Part shown: piece after piece, positions 25,066 to 39,000 of the stretch | Numbering within the stretch: position 1 is the stretch's first letter | Layout of the letters: each line of letters opens with the position of its first letter | Origin: Auanema rhodensis | Taxonomy: Eukaryota > Animalia > Nematoda | Direction: 5' to 3' | Length of the DNA stretch: 64,000 nt | NCBI GenBank assembly: GCA_964057225.1 | Contig: OZ059897.1 | Location: 8,246,001 to 8,310,000 of the forward strand | Made by a program: the position numbers and the translations under genes | The notes under the pieces: generated by a model | Seen by the model: only the letters and a program-made list of their open reading frames with translations | Databases searched by the model: none | Told to the model about the DNA's origin: nothing

Positions 25066-25626
25066 CTTGTGCTATAGATAAGTGCAAGTAAATACCTCTG
25101 CGTAAAATTTACCCCTATAATTAAAGAATTATTAATCAATATAAAGCACGATATGTCAAGTAAAATTATGTAGAATTGGCTAAGTCGGCAAAGCAACCCA
25201 AATAGAAAAAGAAACAGTAATCGAGCTGCACGGACGGAATTGGTCTCGCCGCGAAGTTTGCAGATGTCAGCAAAAAATGTCAGTGACCTGCGGTGAATTA
25301 TTGTTGTAAAATTGTGCAAGGTTTATGGTTAAATTTCTAACTTTTTGTGAACAGTATCAAGGTACCTTTGATAATCAAAAAGTGATGATTGAATATAGTA
25401 ATAAAACCAGCGTTTAATTAGTTGAAATGTACTGCAAATCAAAAGGAATAAATAATGAATAGAAATAACAAGGTGCGCCTGTGAATATCATATTTTCTTT
25501 TTTTTATTTGCCTGATTCGTATTAATGTTGTTCAGTTACTTCACTGTGCGATAACAGTTTTGATATAAAAAAAAGAAAAAGAATGAAATAATAAACTTTA
25601 TTTAACCCGATAATTTGTGAAATTAA

Positions 25627-28600
25627 TCATGATGACTCCACGTTTTTTTTACTGTCTGTGAGATATTGCCGTATTTCATTTCTAAGCTTTGGATTGCATT
25701 TACAATAAATAATTAGACGTGATGCTGATGAGACCATATAGCATATACTAACAGTATCGGACAAAGCTGTAAATAAAAGAACATTTCATGTTTCATAAAC
25801 TTGAACTCTAGTTACCTATATAAAAATTACTGGATTGATTCGGATCTTCATAATCGTATAATATGGATGAATCAAAACGTTCCAGCACTGTTAGAAACAA
25901 GTGTACCCCATTACACACCAAGTATGACATAACGATAGCGAGCATAGTGTATATTGCATTACGAAGTTGAGATTGTTTATCCCGTGATGATCTAAAATAA
26001 GAGAGATAACCTAAAATTTGTAAGCTTTGAAATCAATAAAAAAATTATCCAAATATAAGGTAAAAAGGTAAAAACCTAGAATGCAATTTAAAGTAATAAA
26101 AAATCAGCAGGCTATGGGGGTTTGGATGAGGCATTGGGTATTAGCGGTACACTATTCTACGGTTATGTTCTTGTAATCAGCCATGCTCAAATGAGCTGTT
26201 TGAAGGAAAGCGGTCATGCTACATAATACTAGCTAATTAATCAGGATGTTAATCAATTGTCTAATCGTTGTCTCTAGCTTAGTAACCAACTTACTTTCGT
26301 ATCATTACAATTTTTTCCAGAAATCGGGGAGTTTTTGCTGATCTGAGTAATTACAAATAACACTACCTCTTTTTTTCCATATAAGATTGAGATGGAAAAC
26401 AAATAATATTTTAGAAAAAGCTTACCTGTGAATCAATGACTCTTTCATAACTTCTGCAGCTACTTCTAGGAGAACATAGTTTTCAGACATTGAGGTTGCT
26501 GTTGGACCGTTCTCGACATGGCTAGGTTTTGGAGCAGCAAAACTTGATAAACGCGGCTTTATTGAGGCATACATCTGAATAAATTTTCCGTTCTCTAGTA
26601 TTTATAAATTGTAAATAAACTTACATGCTCTCGTTTTTCAGCTAATAATCTCTTTACAATAATTATATTTAAAATGAGTAAAACAATAAACGGAAAGCAC
26701 ATTTGAACGGCAGTGATGACATGAAAATCAAAAAAGTAGTAAGCTGAAATGAAAAAAAATCAGATATTATTAGTTATGACAAGAATGCTCACCATAACTT
26801 TCAGATGCCCATTCTGCTTGTGAAACAGATTCGCTCCGGAAATAATCAGTGCACCCTGGATATTGTTGAACCTGAAACATATAATTGTAATTTTTCATTT
26901 ATCCCTCTTGACAGTTAATTGCAGCCTGAGCACAACCGGATGCATCGAATATTTGAATAAAAATAACTTGGCATGCGTGTATATCTTGAGGGGGTGGGTT
27001 GGGGGTGGGAGACGCAAGATGCACAATATTCTAATATTATATATACCAATGAACTATTAAACGAACCAAATATTGCTTGATAGAATATTAAAGATAGTTT
27101 TCAAATTTGTAATAAAATATCTGAGAAATATGAAGTTCTTACATTCGAATTTGTTTTTTTATGCTATGTTATTTTCTGATATATGTATCTATGCATGTTA
27201 ATACCAAAATAAACTAACACATTTGCATAAGTAAAAGTAGCAAATTCACTTAATATGCACTATTTTTGATGATATTGTTGTTATTTAACATGGTAAGAGT
27301 AGCAAGCGTTTCTATTTATATCACCATTATATGTTTCTCACAAATTCGAAGCAGAAGAAGTAGCAAATTTTTTTCAGACATCAAGTTTTTGCGTGACGAC
27401 AGACAAGATTACTAAGGTACATTCCATTTTTTTCTCAATATGCAAGATGGAGAACCAGCAATTTGTTGGTTGGATAAGACTTATTCGACCGTTTTTGTTA
27501 AAAAATTAATTCTTCTTTAAGTCTTAATCATTACCTGTGTTGCCAGTAAAACAGGCATTCGTACAAGTACACTGATAAGGATAATAAGAGCTACAGTGAG
27601 AGACCGTCCTTTATCACTAAAAACGGGAGCGAAGAAAAGCCTGCAAAATAGATTGTTGATGTTATTTCTCTCAAAAATGTATAAGAACCTTGTCTTTTCT
27701 TTTGTTGTCCATAGATATCTTTCTAAGGTTATCAGTATTAGGCTAAATGGAATGGCAAACTGCACGACCTTGGCAATGAAGAAAACGGGAACTATGTAAC
27801 GATGATATAGGAAGAATAATGTCTATAATAAATGGATCAGGGACTTTATGAATTTTTTGCAACATTCATAACGAAAAAGAAACTTATTTCTCTCGCTAAC
27901 CTTATCTTTCAAATATACAAAACCAGCATCTACTCCAAAAAGAAGTAAATAAGTTAAACAGATGAGCATATCCAAAGTTGATAACGTGGCTAGATATACA
28001 GACGATGGTAACGTTTTCCAAAATACTGCCATTAATAGCTGAAAGGTTTTGCTATTAAAAACTATATATTTAAATGAATTATTAATTTTTTAATAGATTG
28101 ACTTATGAATTAGTCTGAGAGCTTAAAATGATTTTTCTTCTAATTTTATATGCACAGGTTTGATTTGAAATTGATAAATTGATATCAACTTATGAGAATA
28201 ATCATAAACATATATTTATATATACATATATAAATGATAGATTATTTAATATTTAATGTAAAATATTAATTGGATATTTCAAATAATTCTCAAGAAGACT
28301 CTTGAGAAGTTATTACCCAAAACTCTACTCTGATCTTGATGCAATAGTCATATGAGCACTTCGTCAAAACTCTCAAAGTAGTGAAAGACTGCTAAGCTGT
28401 ATGTATGTATATAGATGTATATAGAAGAGAATTTTAAACTAGTAGTAGTAGTAGTGAATTTGTTCAAATTTCTTGTTATTTTTTGAAAAAAATCTGTTCT
28501 AATGAAGTCATATCAAATCATATCAAAAAGTATGAGCACCTCTTCAGTTTCAGTACTTTGACGGCTTAGCAAAACAAAAAAGAAAATACAGTTTGTACTT

Positions 28601-28914
28601 TCTAAAAATAGAATTAGAATGAGTTTAGAATTCCTTTTCTATTTAACTGAATTTCTTTTTTCCTCATTCATTTTAATGAATTTGAAATGTTATCAAGCAG
28701 ATTTAGATTGAAATTTTACAAAACTCACGGCGTTTCCGGCTATACCGAATATGGAAATCAGTGAAAAGAATGAAATGATTATGAAACGCTGCATAGTATA
28801 TCCTTCATATAAGCCACATAGATCATCTACAACTGCTGCAGACATATTGGATGACGTTTTGTCTTCTGGATCCAGTATACCGCTAGCTTCTAACACGGCT
28901 AGGACCGCATCCAT
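25627..28914 (-). CDS. Rhodopsin-class (family A) GPCR, peptide-receptor-like (FRPR/srw-like); multi-exon
   Basis: TM1 SLISIFGIAGNALL; TM2 YLATLSTLDMLICLTY; TM3 FSLILITLERYLW; TM5 FPFIVLLILNIIIV; TM6 AIYTMLAIVMSYLVCNG; TM7 VSSASRLIIYCKCNPKLR; stop TGA at 25627-25629. Confidence 0.88.
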
Positions 28915-31705
28915 TTTCGTTTAACTAAAATAAAAAGTTTAAAACTTAATTTAGAAACTCAGATCAAGAGTTCAAGTAAAATTAAAATACTGAAGAGATG
29001 TGAAGAAATAAAGATACATGATAGAGGCGTTTTACGATTTGACATCAAAATAAGGAAACCCCACTAAAATTACAGAGCATTTGTCATATCTTCGTAAGGT
29101 TTTTTGAGAAAAAGTTCTCAGACAAAAAGGACAACACATGTTCATGTTGTACATTTGAAATGGAAATAATCAATATATAATGAGTTTAATGAATATTATG
29201 CTACATATAGAATCTCAAATATTGCTACATATGGATATATAAAACGAATAAATAAGTGGGGATATGGACATCCAAGGAATGAAGTAATTTCCTTTTTTAT
29301 GGTTACGGATAACTAGTATTGAATATTGAAACACACCTGTCATGGAAAATGCCTTAGCTTTCAAAAATTTATGACTTTAAACGAGGATAGGTGGGGGTAT
29401 GATCAAAATAATGGCCCTTTTTCGAATTTTTCTTCAACTCGAGTAAGCGAAAATGAAAATTCACCACTGTTTATGTGATGAGAGACGCTTTAAGTTTTTT
29501 ATTTGCAACAATATGCTAAGCATAAAATAAATTAATTTCTATAATTAGCTCGATCAAAGCTTTGAATTTTGAAAAAACGTACAAGTTTGATCAATAGCTA
29601 CAGCCGCTGGCTATAAAAGAAAGTTTTTGGTGTGCGCATTGCAAAATGAGGTGAACGAAAAGTACATAAAAATATAGATTTTCTGATTGGAGATAGGGGA
29701 AGTACAAAGCATATTGATCAGATATATTCGTTTACTTCCTTTATTACTTCTAATAAGCAGGTGATAGAAAAGTTTGAATAGAGTTGAAAAAATGATGTAA
29801 GAATAGCAGTCAGGAGCATGAAGACGCCAACGATAAACGATAGAGACGATGACGACGGAGGCAGCAGTAACAGCAGTAACAGCGGCGATCATAAAGCTAC
29901 AACACCATGCTCTATTTGTTCGCATATTCTATCTCTTATGGCATCCAAAAATGCCAGTAAAGATTATTTATGACTGGAAAAACAGGTCAATTAATAGGAA
30001 GAAGGACTGTTTTCCATCGCCACAGGCCACATGTTGAAGCTGATGAACGACACTAAGCTTAAGTTAAGAAAATAGAGAGTTTCAGTTGGAACAAGTTAAA
30101 AATAAAGAAAAATATATATCAAAGAGCTAACATAGTGCTCACATAAAATCAGATAAAATTGGAAACGTGTGCTGATATAAATTTGTGACCGGTTTTATAT
30201 GGACAAAGTGGATATTAAAAGTTGGCAAGCAACAAAAGCATAAATGCGAGGATCAGGAATCAGTTGTTATGTTATAAGCGAAAGAGGCTGAGATAAGTTC
30301 AAGATTTTCTTGTTGAAAGGACTGAATAAACAGTTTGTTCCAAGATATTCATATGAGCGTATCATACGATGATTTACTTATCTCATCTAATGACACTCGT
30401 GGGGGTGGATGAAGCTGTGGATGAGTTTGCTTAAGGGGGGTTTTCACTCAGAAGGACATTGAACGTTTCAGGAGAGGATTGAAAAAATAAATGAGAAAAG
30501 GAGAGACATAAGACGAAGCAAGAGAGATAGAGAGAGGATAACAAGAAAAAATAGGAGATGAATTAAAGGTTGAGAGAGAGAGAGCGAGAAGGGAAGCAAG
30601 GGTTCGCTGGCTATCAGAAGAAAGACGAGAAACACAAACGTTCACCAATTTGAAAAGAAAAAAAATGATGTTTGCGTGATAACATTTCGTATTTTGGCAT
30701 AGTTTCTCTATATCCATAAGAAGTTAGGAGTCTAGAGAGAGTTGCAATTATGTAAAGTAATGGTGGTCTGTTGAAAAATAAACGAACATCATCTTAGGTT
30801 CACAGCTGAATTCAACAGGTCTTTCAATTTTTTGGAAAAAAAGCAGGAAAGCTATTCATTGGTTTGATGGCAAACGCATTACAGCTTCAGGAGAAGACAA
30901 TGACCCGTCGAGCAGAGGTGAGCCGTTAAAGCATTTTGGGATTGAGATTAGCTGGCGCTATTGGGGTATTACAGAATATTGAATATGTGCTGTAGTAGTA
31001 TCATTTGTGTGTGAGTGTGTGTGTCTGAGAATAAGAAAATAAAATTAAAATAAATAATATACAAGTATATATATAGATAGATAGATGATGGTCAGCATCT
31101 ATTTACATAAAGTAGGAGGTAAAAGTTTTAAATTTTAATAGTTGATTTTGCATGAGTACAAATGGCATCAGAACATTAAACGATATAACCATACAATAAA
31201 ACTTTGCTGTTTTCATAAAAGGACTTCATACTTTATAGCAATTCGTATCAGCTTTTCGTGAAAGTTTCAACAAGTAAGTCTGGTGGGCAGATTTGTTGTA
31301 CTATTGCAATTATAAAGTATAAACGTAGAAATATTATATATTTGTCTAAAAGTTGAAATAAAAACTGGAAAGGGAATATTAGTTGAGCTGAGCCTATGGG
31401 ATAGAACGACAGATGATGATGATATCATGAAGTTGTAGTAGTTTCAAAAAAAAGTTTCTATCAACAGAATAGGACAAGATAGTAGAAGAAAGTATTAGGT
31501 GGCTGAATTGATTGATTCGTTGCCCTCTTTGAAAAATTCAAAATTTTATGATAATTTTACAAAATTATTTTAAAAAAGGTATTAAAGTTTAAAAATTAAA
31601 ATAATTTAAAATATTATAATAATAAAAAAAACATTTAAATCTCAAAATTTTACAATTGAAAAAACTGTTTTTTCTTTGAACGTTTTTTTGTTTCTCGCTT
31701 TCGTT

Positions 31706-32240
31706 ATGGATATTTCTCCTGTGTGCTACACCCTTCTTCATCATTTTAATGAAGGAATTTCTGCCAAAGAAACCTTCAAAAGATCGAAAGTTGTGTACGG
31801 AGATTCTTCTACATTAAGAACAACTAGTTAGAAATGGTTTAACAGCTTCAAAATAGGTGAGATCGATCTCGAAGATCTTCCAAGAGCAAAGCTGCTGTAA
31901 AATTCAGACAAAAGGCACTTCCGTCCGTTTTCTGGAACAAAAAAGTTCTCTTCTATGAAAACGTTACGGTGGAACCACAGACACTGCTTTGCAATTTACA
32001 GCAGACGCTTTTGGAGCAAGGATGGATAGTCCTCAAAGACATCCTTTACTCTTCAGACCTTGCTGGAACAGATTCTTATCTGTTTACGTCGATGCAACAC
32101 AATTTGATAGTTGCAAAGTTGGTTAAAATTTTTTTGCTTCCAAAAAAGAAAATTTTTTTCAAAAAAAAAATTGAAGTAGAGATAGGAGAAAGTGTTTGAA
32201 AAGATATGAAAACAATAAAAATAATAAGGAATTTTCTTCA
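31706..32240 (+). mobile_element. Degenerate, internally deleted mariner (Tc1/mariner) transposase relic
   Basis: HTH segment LLHHFNEGISAKETFKRSKVVYGD...S*KWFNSFKIGEIDLEDLPRA, and C-terminal LLEQGWIVLKDILYSSDLAGTDSYLFTSMQHNL matching the mariner GWEVLPHPPYSPDLAPSDYHLF motif; in-frame stop and frameshifts; TIRs not identified. Confidence 0.88.
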
Positions 32241-33956
32241 AATATGTTTTTTTGATTAATTATGGTGTTGGAGTAGGGAAGCACTTGATGAGTATGGTAT
32301 GGTTGGTTCAGGGTTCACAATATTCTTGGCTGAGTAAACAAATTCAATTGGCAAATCAATTTCAAGGAAGAAATAACTGCACTTCTGATAGGAGGAATAG
32401 AAGAAGTAGGAGGTTGTTCTTCATTTTTTTTGTTGAAGAAAGTAGAAGACAAACGAATAGATTAGATGAGAAATGCAAAAAAAACTGGGAAGTGCTGTCT
32501 GGGTGCTGAGGTGAAGCCCGGAGTAAAATGCTCAAAAGCATTTGCGAGGCGGAAAGTTCTTTAAGAGATATTTTAAATTTAAATTAAGAAATGATCTTCA
32601 TGGTTGTATGAGACGCAATAAATGAAAATGGTGGCACTATCAGAGATTAAGAGATGTATTTGGATGAAACTTTTTTTATTTATAAACATGAAAAATAGTA
32701 AGAAACATCATTCATCTCATTTGGATAAAATGCTTTGATTGTAAAATAAAATAAAAATGCTAGAAATGATCATGATATTTGAAGGAAAAAAAAAGAAAAA
32801 AGTAATGAGCGAAATTGAAATAAATGCTTAAAAAGATGGAGAGACATGAAACGAGCGTTTCAAGTTATTTGATATTGAACTATTTGAATTCAGTACGAAT
32901 CACGACATCATGAAAAAGAATACCAAGATCAAAAATGGAAAATTTGAAAAATGATTAGATGACTCTTCTGCCATTGAAATAATTTTTTGAAACACATTTG
33001 ACATTTAGTTCATAAATAGTTTGCCCTGTTTATGAACTGAAATTCCTGCATTCTCAGATTAGTCTTAAGTATTTTAATATTTATTTGAATATCATATTAG
33101 AAGACAGATAGAGGAAGATAAAGTGAGAGAGAGAAAGAGGAATATGAGGTTGAGAGAGAGAGAGACTGAAAGAGAGATAATGAAGAGAGAAATGTGAAAA
33201 GTGAGCTGAAAATGTGACAAAAACGAGATGTAGAGTAAAAGAAAAAAAGAGCCAAAATTGACTGATTTGAAGAAAAACCAAAAATTATGAGAAAATAAGA
33301 TTTCAATCATTTTGCTGTAGACTTTGAGAATGAAATGGCTTTACGTGTATGACGTCGTAGAACACGTGAACTTTCACGTATATAGGTCGAAAACTAAATA
33401 TTATTAACCTCTGGTCCTAACCTTTTCAAATTAAGTTGGCATCAATATTATTTTTAATAAACTGGTGGTTAAACATTAAATAAATAATATAAAAAATTCA
33501 TAAATAACTGAAGAAACTTAAGTTTAAAACGTTGAACTTGGAAATCTTTTGGTTAGTCTTTACTCATTGAAACGATCATTCTGACGTTTGAAGCATAAAA
33601 AAGTGGGAACAAAAGAAGAGAAAGCTGAATCTTTGTGAGGTCGATGAGGTTTCCAAACAAGTAGTTTTTGAAACTCATAAAGAACTTGAAGAGAAGGCTA
33701 TAGCCTATGTTTGTGGTTTGTAATGACTTTTACTTTAGCTTCTCAAGGTAATTTTGCAATGAAATTCACACGCTCACAAGCAGCAAAAACGAACTTCGGA
33801 ATGAACACACAGCTTAATTGAGTCTAATTATAAGTTTTTTTTAAATCTTGTGTAAAGCTGTATGTATGTAATGCTGGATGATGATTTTTAAAAAAAAAGT
33901 AAGTTTGACAATGTTGAAATAAATGAAAGTAAGATTTCATATTATTCTCATTTCAA

Positions 33957-33961
<5 letters not shown>

Positions 33962-33987
<26 letters not shown>

Positions 33988-33993
33988 CTGCTG
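33962..33993. repeat. (GCT/GTT)n microsatellite
   Basis: tgctgctgctgttgctgttgctgctgctgctg. Confidence 0.8.
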
Positions 33994-35936
33994 ATACATG
34001 TACACACATACAAACATATACACATGTGTCTATGTGTACATGTATCTTGAAATTCGGTTCAAATCAAGGTATGGCCATGTTTTTCAACACCAGCCTTATT
34101 CAGTTTGTTAAAAATGAGCAAACAAATTCAAGATATGGCTAATTGTTGCTAAGATTCGTCTCGTTATTATGAGCTAATTAAAATCAAACTTTCTTTTTTA
34201 GAAATTATTCAAAATACTAGATGATAGAATAGTGCGGCTGAATAGCACCATTTGCTTTTCAAACTTTGACGTTTCTTTTTATTTTTTGAAGTATTTTTGA
34301 ATTAAAAAAAAAGTGTATTCGAGCTCATTTGATAAAAAAAAGAAAAAGATTATAAATTCATTACAAGAGATTTTGGATGCTCTCGTGTAACTTTGAAATA
34401 TATAATTCCATATTTGATTTTTTATGAAATTTATTACAAAAAAAAATAAAAAAAAAGATTGTTTCTTTGACCAAGTGATTCAATATTAGTTTCCGTAGTC
34501 AGCTGTTTGTATTGTGATTTTGAATTGGCGATAATGTAGTTATGAGAATTTTTAAGAGTTACAAGAAAACATCGATCAAGTAGATTTTTTTTTTGCAAAA
34601 AAATAAGGAAAAATGCTGAGAATTACTTCTCGTTGTATGCTTAACGCTACTCGAGAGAGCAAAATTTGCCGCAAAATTAACTTGGTACATCCCTTGGGGG
34701 GCTGGGAGACAAGAAATAAGTACCATATAGTGCAGATACACTTGAAGAATCTATTTCAACTAGTTACAGTACGGAGTATTTGAATAAAAATCAGACGAAA
34801 AATGAATATATATATCCAATATTCTCTTACATTGAAGCGAAGGTGTGTGAAAAAAATGAGACAGGAAAAAACAGAAGATTAAAAGTGAAGGGAAGGGTGT
34901 GAGCGTGGTAGTAGATTAAGCGAACCTGAAATTGAGGAAATGAAGTGAAAACAGATTTGGTAAAACCACCAAGAAGGAACATAGAGAGATACAAAGTGAG
35001 AGATTTGAGAATAGAGTCTTAAGGCATCATCACTATAGATAACGGCTATGGCAAAGATACATGAACGAAAAACGAAACGGAACTAAGTTTGAAAATGAAC
35101 GATGATGATGATCATGAATTTCAGAGCAATAATTCTGATTCTCTGAAATCTAATCGAATTCATGTATGATGTATAGGATGTTGAAGTCACAAAATAAAAA
35201 TTCTATTATCTCCATAGATGAATGCTCTTCTGCTTTATTCATCTGCTTTATCGCCTTCCATCGACTTCAAGATCATGAATATGGACAAGGCAATGATTGC
35301 AAGAGGGTGAAGTAAGTGGATATACATATAGAAGATAGCAAAAAGAAATCATAGTTTCATAGATATATGTACATAGATATCTTTCTATCTCTTTTTATAT
35401 ATATATATATATTATATATTAATAGATTTATATTAAATTTTAAAAACTAAGAAGTAAGAGAAGATATTTGAAAATTAAATGAAATATATGTGCATTTGTA
35501 TGTATGTATATGATATATGATCTATATATATATATCTATATATCTATATTTTTTCTTTTAAATTCAAATATTGACGTTGAATTCAAAAATAATGATTCCT
35601 AACTAGTGATATACTAACTTGCACATGCGCTTCCTTTTTCTCATACAAAAGGCATGTGTTGTAAGCAACAAAAAATATTTTTTAATGAATATTTCTTTTT
35701 CTTCTGAGCTGAGAACAGAGATAGTTCATTAGCAGGGAGGAGGAAGATGAAAAAAAAGCAGAAAAGATGGAAGAAAACAAAGAACAAGGTCATGGCATGG
35801 TTGAAAACTGCAGGATAAAGAACGTTTAGGTAGGCTGTGGCGGCACAAGAAAATCAGCTGAAACTAAAATGAGCATATAATATAATTATATGTAGTTATA
35901 GTTAGTTTGGTAATAGAAAGAGATAGAGAGGAACAC

Positions 35937-35947
<11 letters not shown>

Positions 35948-36013
<66 letters not shown>
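35948..36013. repeat. (GA)n microsatellite
   Basis: About 65 nt of perfect GA run. Confidence 0.95.
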
Positions 36014-36016
<3 letters not shown>

Positions 36017-39000
36017 TACTTAACGACAGAAGGCAGAGGACAATAGAGAAATGAAAATTTTGTATACGGAAGAGAAAAAGTAGAGAAAAAAGAAAAAAAG
36101 TTCAACTGATGAGAGAAATGATGACAAACAGCTGATGGTGGATGTTTCACGTAAGAGTTATGGGTTATAAGATAAGGTTTGTTTGATTTTTCTTCATTTA
36201 TGTAGCCTTCAGGCAACACGTCATCAAACTTTTCAATAAGATGGGCGATAACTTCGAATTCATAGAAGCCTTATGAGCTGATTGTTACGCATACGAAGGG
36301 CAAGGCATCTTAACTTCGAACATCTTTTGACATATTATGAACCTTTTAGCTAGTTTTTTTGTTTTTTCTTCTACCTATATTATCTTCTTCTTCTTCTTCT
36401 TCTTATTCTACGTCATCGTCATCTACCTCTCTATTGTCTCTTTTCTCACCATACTGCTTTCCAACTTATATACGTTCTCGTAGTATATTTTCGAATATCT
36501 CCGCTTCATTGCATCTCAGGTTGTAATTGAGGCGATTCACATACAACTCAGCGATATAGTCATCTCACCCAAAAGGGCTCAGCTGTAATACGCTGTTATA
36601 TGAAGATTCAACTTGAGCTTTTGGCTGATGCAATATGAAATTTGAATTAAAATCACAAAGACATTAAGTAACCCGATAAGAACTAGGCAGAGTATTGAAA
36701 AGAAGAGAAAAATGCGTAGATACTGAGCATTTGAATAGATCCATTCAAGTTGTCTCCTTCTGTCTCCTCTCGTCTTATTCTTACGTCTTCTATTTTTGTT
36801 TGAAATCACAAACAACCTCAATACTAAGAAATTAAGTAAAAATAATGTTACCAAGAAACTATTGCTAATTGCATGATTATCTCCATACAATAACCAAACA
36901 AGTCAGATATAGTAGACTATTTTGGCGAATAGTACTTGCGAAATTGAAGGCAGCAAGCTCTATTGAGTGTCTTGTCTTTGATGCCCAGCTTCATAATTTT
37001 ATTTGCAACTTTTTTCAAAGTTCTGAAGTGAATAAAATTTTTCTCTAGTTGTTTACACGTCTGATAATATAGGATGAAATTCTCTAGGACTCTTCAATTC
37101 TTACTTGTTTTGGATATCCTGAAGTTTGAAGATTGAGAAAGAAATTTTTTAATTCGACGCCAACATAGGCAAGCATCTTCATTTGTAGAAAATTTTATTT
37201 TTTTTTCTGTGAAAACCATTGATCAAGTTTTCAAAAATAAATTGTTTTAAATATTTATAAAATAAAGAAATATTCAAGTAAATAACTATACAAACTATAT
37301 ACAAATATGGATTATCAGAAGACTATTCCAATATAGTTTTATCTTCAATATGCTACACACATGTCTCATCTCTTTCCTTGCTCTTCTATGTGAAAATAAA
37401 GAAAATTAAAGAAAAACAAATAACTGAAAGGACGATTGATGTGTCTCGGAATAGGTAGGAGTATAGCTTCTGGCAGGGTCTGTCATATGAGTTGCATGGA
37501 AGCTGGTTAAACCTTATGTATAAGGTATTCAATATTGGATGATAGAATAGAAAATGCAGAAATGCAGAATGCAGACCACCCTTCAAACACAAAAGTGGAA
37601 ATACCGATCTCAGGAAGAGATATGGTGAATGAGATATATACTGAGAAATGAAGATTAATAGAGAGAGAGAGAGAGAAAGAAAAGTTCAGAAAAGTGAAAA
37701 AAAGAAGAAGAAATGAGAGATTCACAAGAATTGAATAAAAATAATATATTTATAAAGAAAATATTAATCTAAAACAAAAAGGATTAAGAGTATTTTTCTA
37801 TAAATACGTATTTTTATTGTGTTTTAGGTATTTTTTGTATTCAATATATCCAATTGAAAGGTTTGTTTTATGTTTTTTAACAATAAAAATATAAAAATAG
37901 AATGAAGATTATTCAAAACAACAATTAAAATAATAAAAATTAAAAATTAATGAAACAAATGAAAGTTTATTTAATAAAAAAAATATATATGAGACGGATA
38001 TGTACGATTTTTCATGAATCTAGATATGATAGTTTCAGAGGAAAAAAAATTAAAAAGTAGGCTTTAAGATATACAGGAAGTTTGTTTTCATTCATTTTCT
38101 CTTGTTTATATCTTCTATCTTACTCATCACCAAACTAAAAAACGAATCCATTTGTATCACAAAGTGAACTATTATTAAATTAAAGAAAAGCTAAGCAAGA
38201 ATTCGAGGCTCTAAACTTTTTTTTTTGTAAAAACTAAGAAATATAGGATGTTTTTCGTTGGACAGTAATGCATTAGAGGACAAAAAAAGCTTCTAAGAAG
38301 TATGAAACAAAGAAAATATATAGGGTCAAACAATCTATCTTAACAGAACTAACGTAGATTAAGGTTTAAGTTGAAGCACGTGTAAGAGAGAGGGAGAAAA
38401 AGGGGGTGGCGATGAGAGATAATGGAGGGTGAGAGAGAGAGAGAGAGAGAGAGAATACATTGGAAAGAGGTATTATCAGTATGTAAATAACAATTAAGAG
38501 AATCAAAATTGCGATGAATATACATGCGAACAAGGGACAACAGGAAAAGAAAAGAGAGATGCGGAAATAGGTTGCAAATGAATACAACCAGCAACTTGAT
38601 ATACATATGCATAAATACAACCGTTCGTCAAAGAATCTCACGTAAAACTATTTGAATATTAAGATCGAAGTTGATGATCGTCTCACGTCACGTCACGTTG
38701 TTATACGTGAGTGATGTCGAATGATTTGATTTGGTAGAGGAATGAGATGGAAATCCGGAAGTGGATAAATAAGGTTTAAGGGTATTTTCAAGGAAAAACG
38801 AACTTTAAGAATTAGATCAGATGAAACTTGAAACTCAAGAAAAGGTTGAATGATTTCGTTTGTCTAATTTGACTGAAGAACAAGTAGAATAAAGAAATGA
38901 ATGTCCAATGAAATTTGATGATTTGAAAGACAAAATCCCGAAGGACCAACACGGGGGGAAATAGGCTATCATCGGTCTTATAACATAGACGTTAGTTGAA

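Noticed and set aside
34046-34070. GGTTCAAATC B-box-like sequence (also an A-box-like GCAGGTGGTTAAGC at ~61249)
   Set aside because: No cloverleaf and no correctly spaced A/B box pair; no tRNA called in this window.
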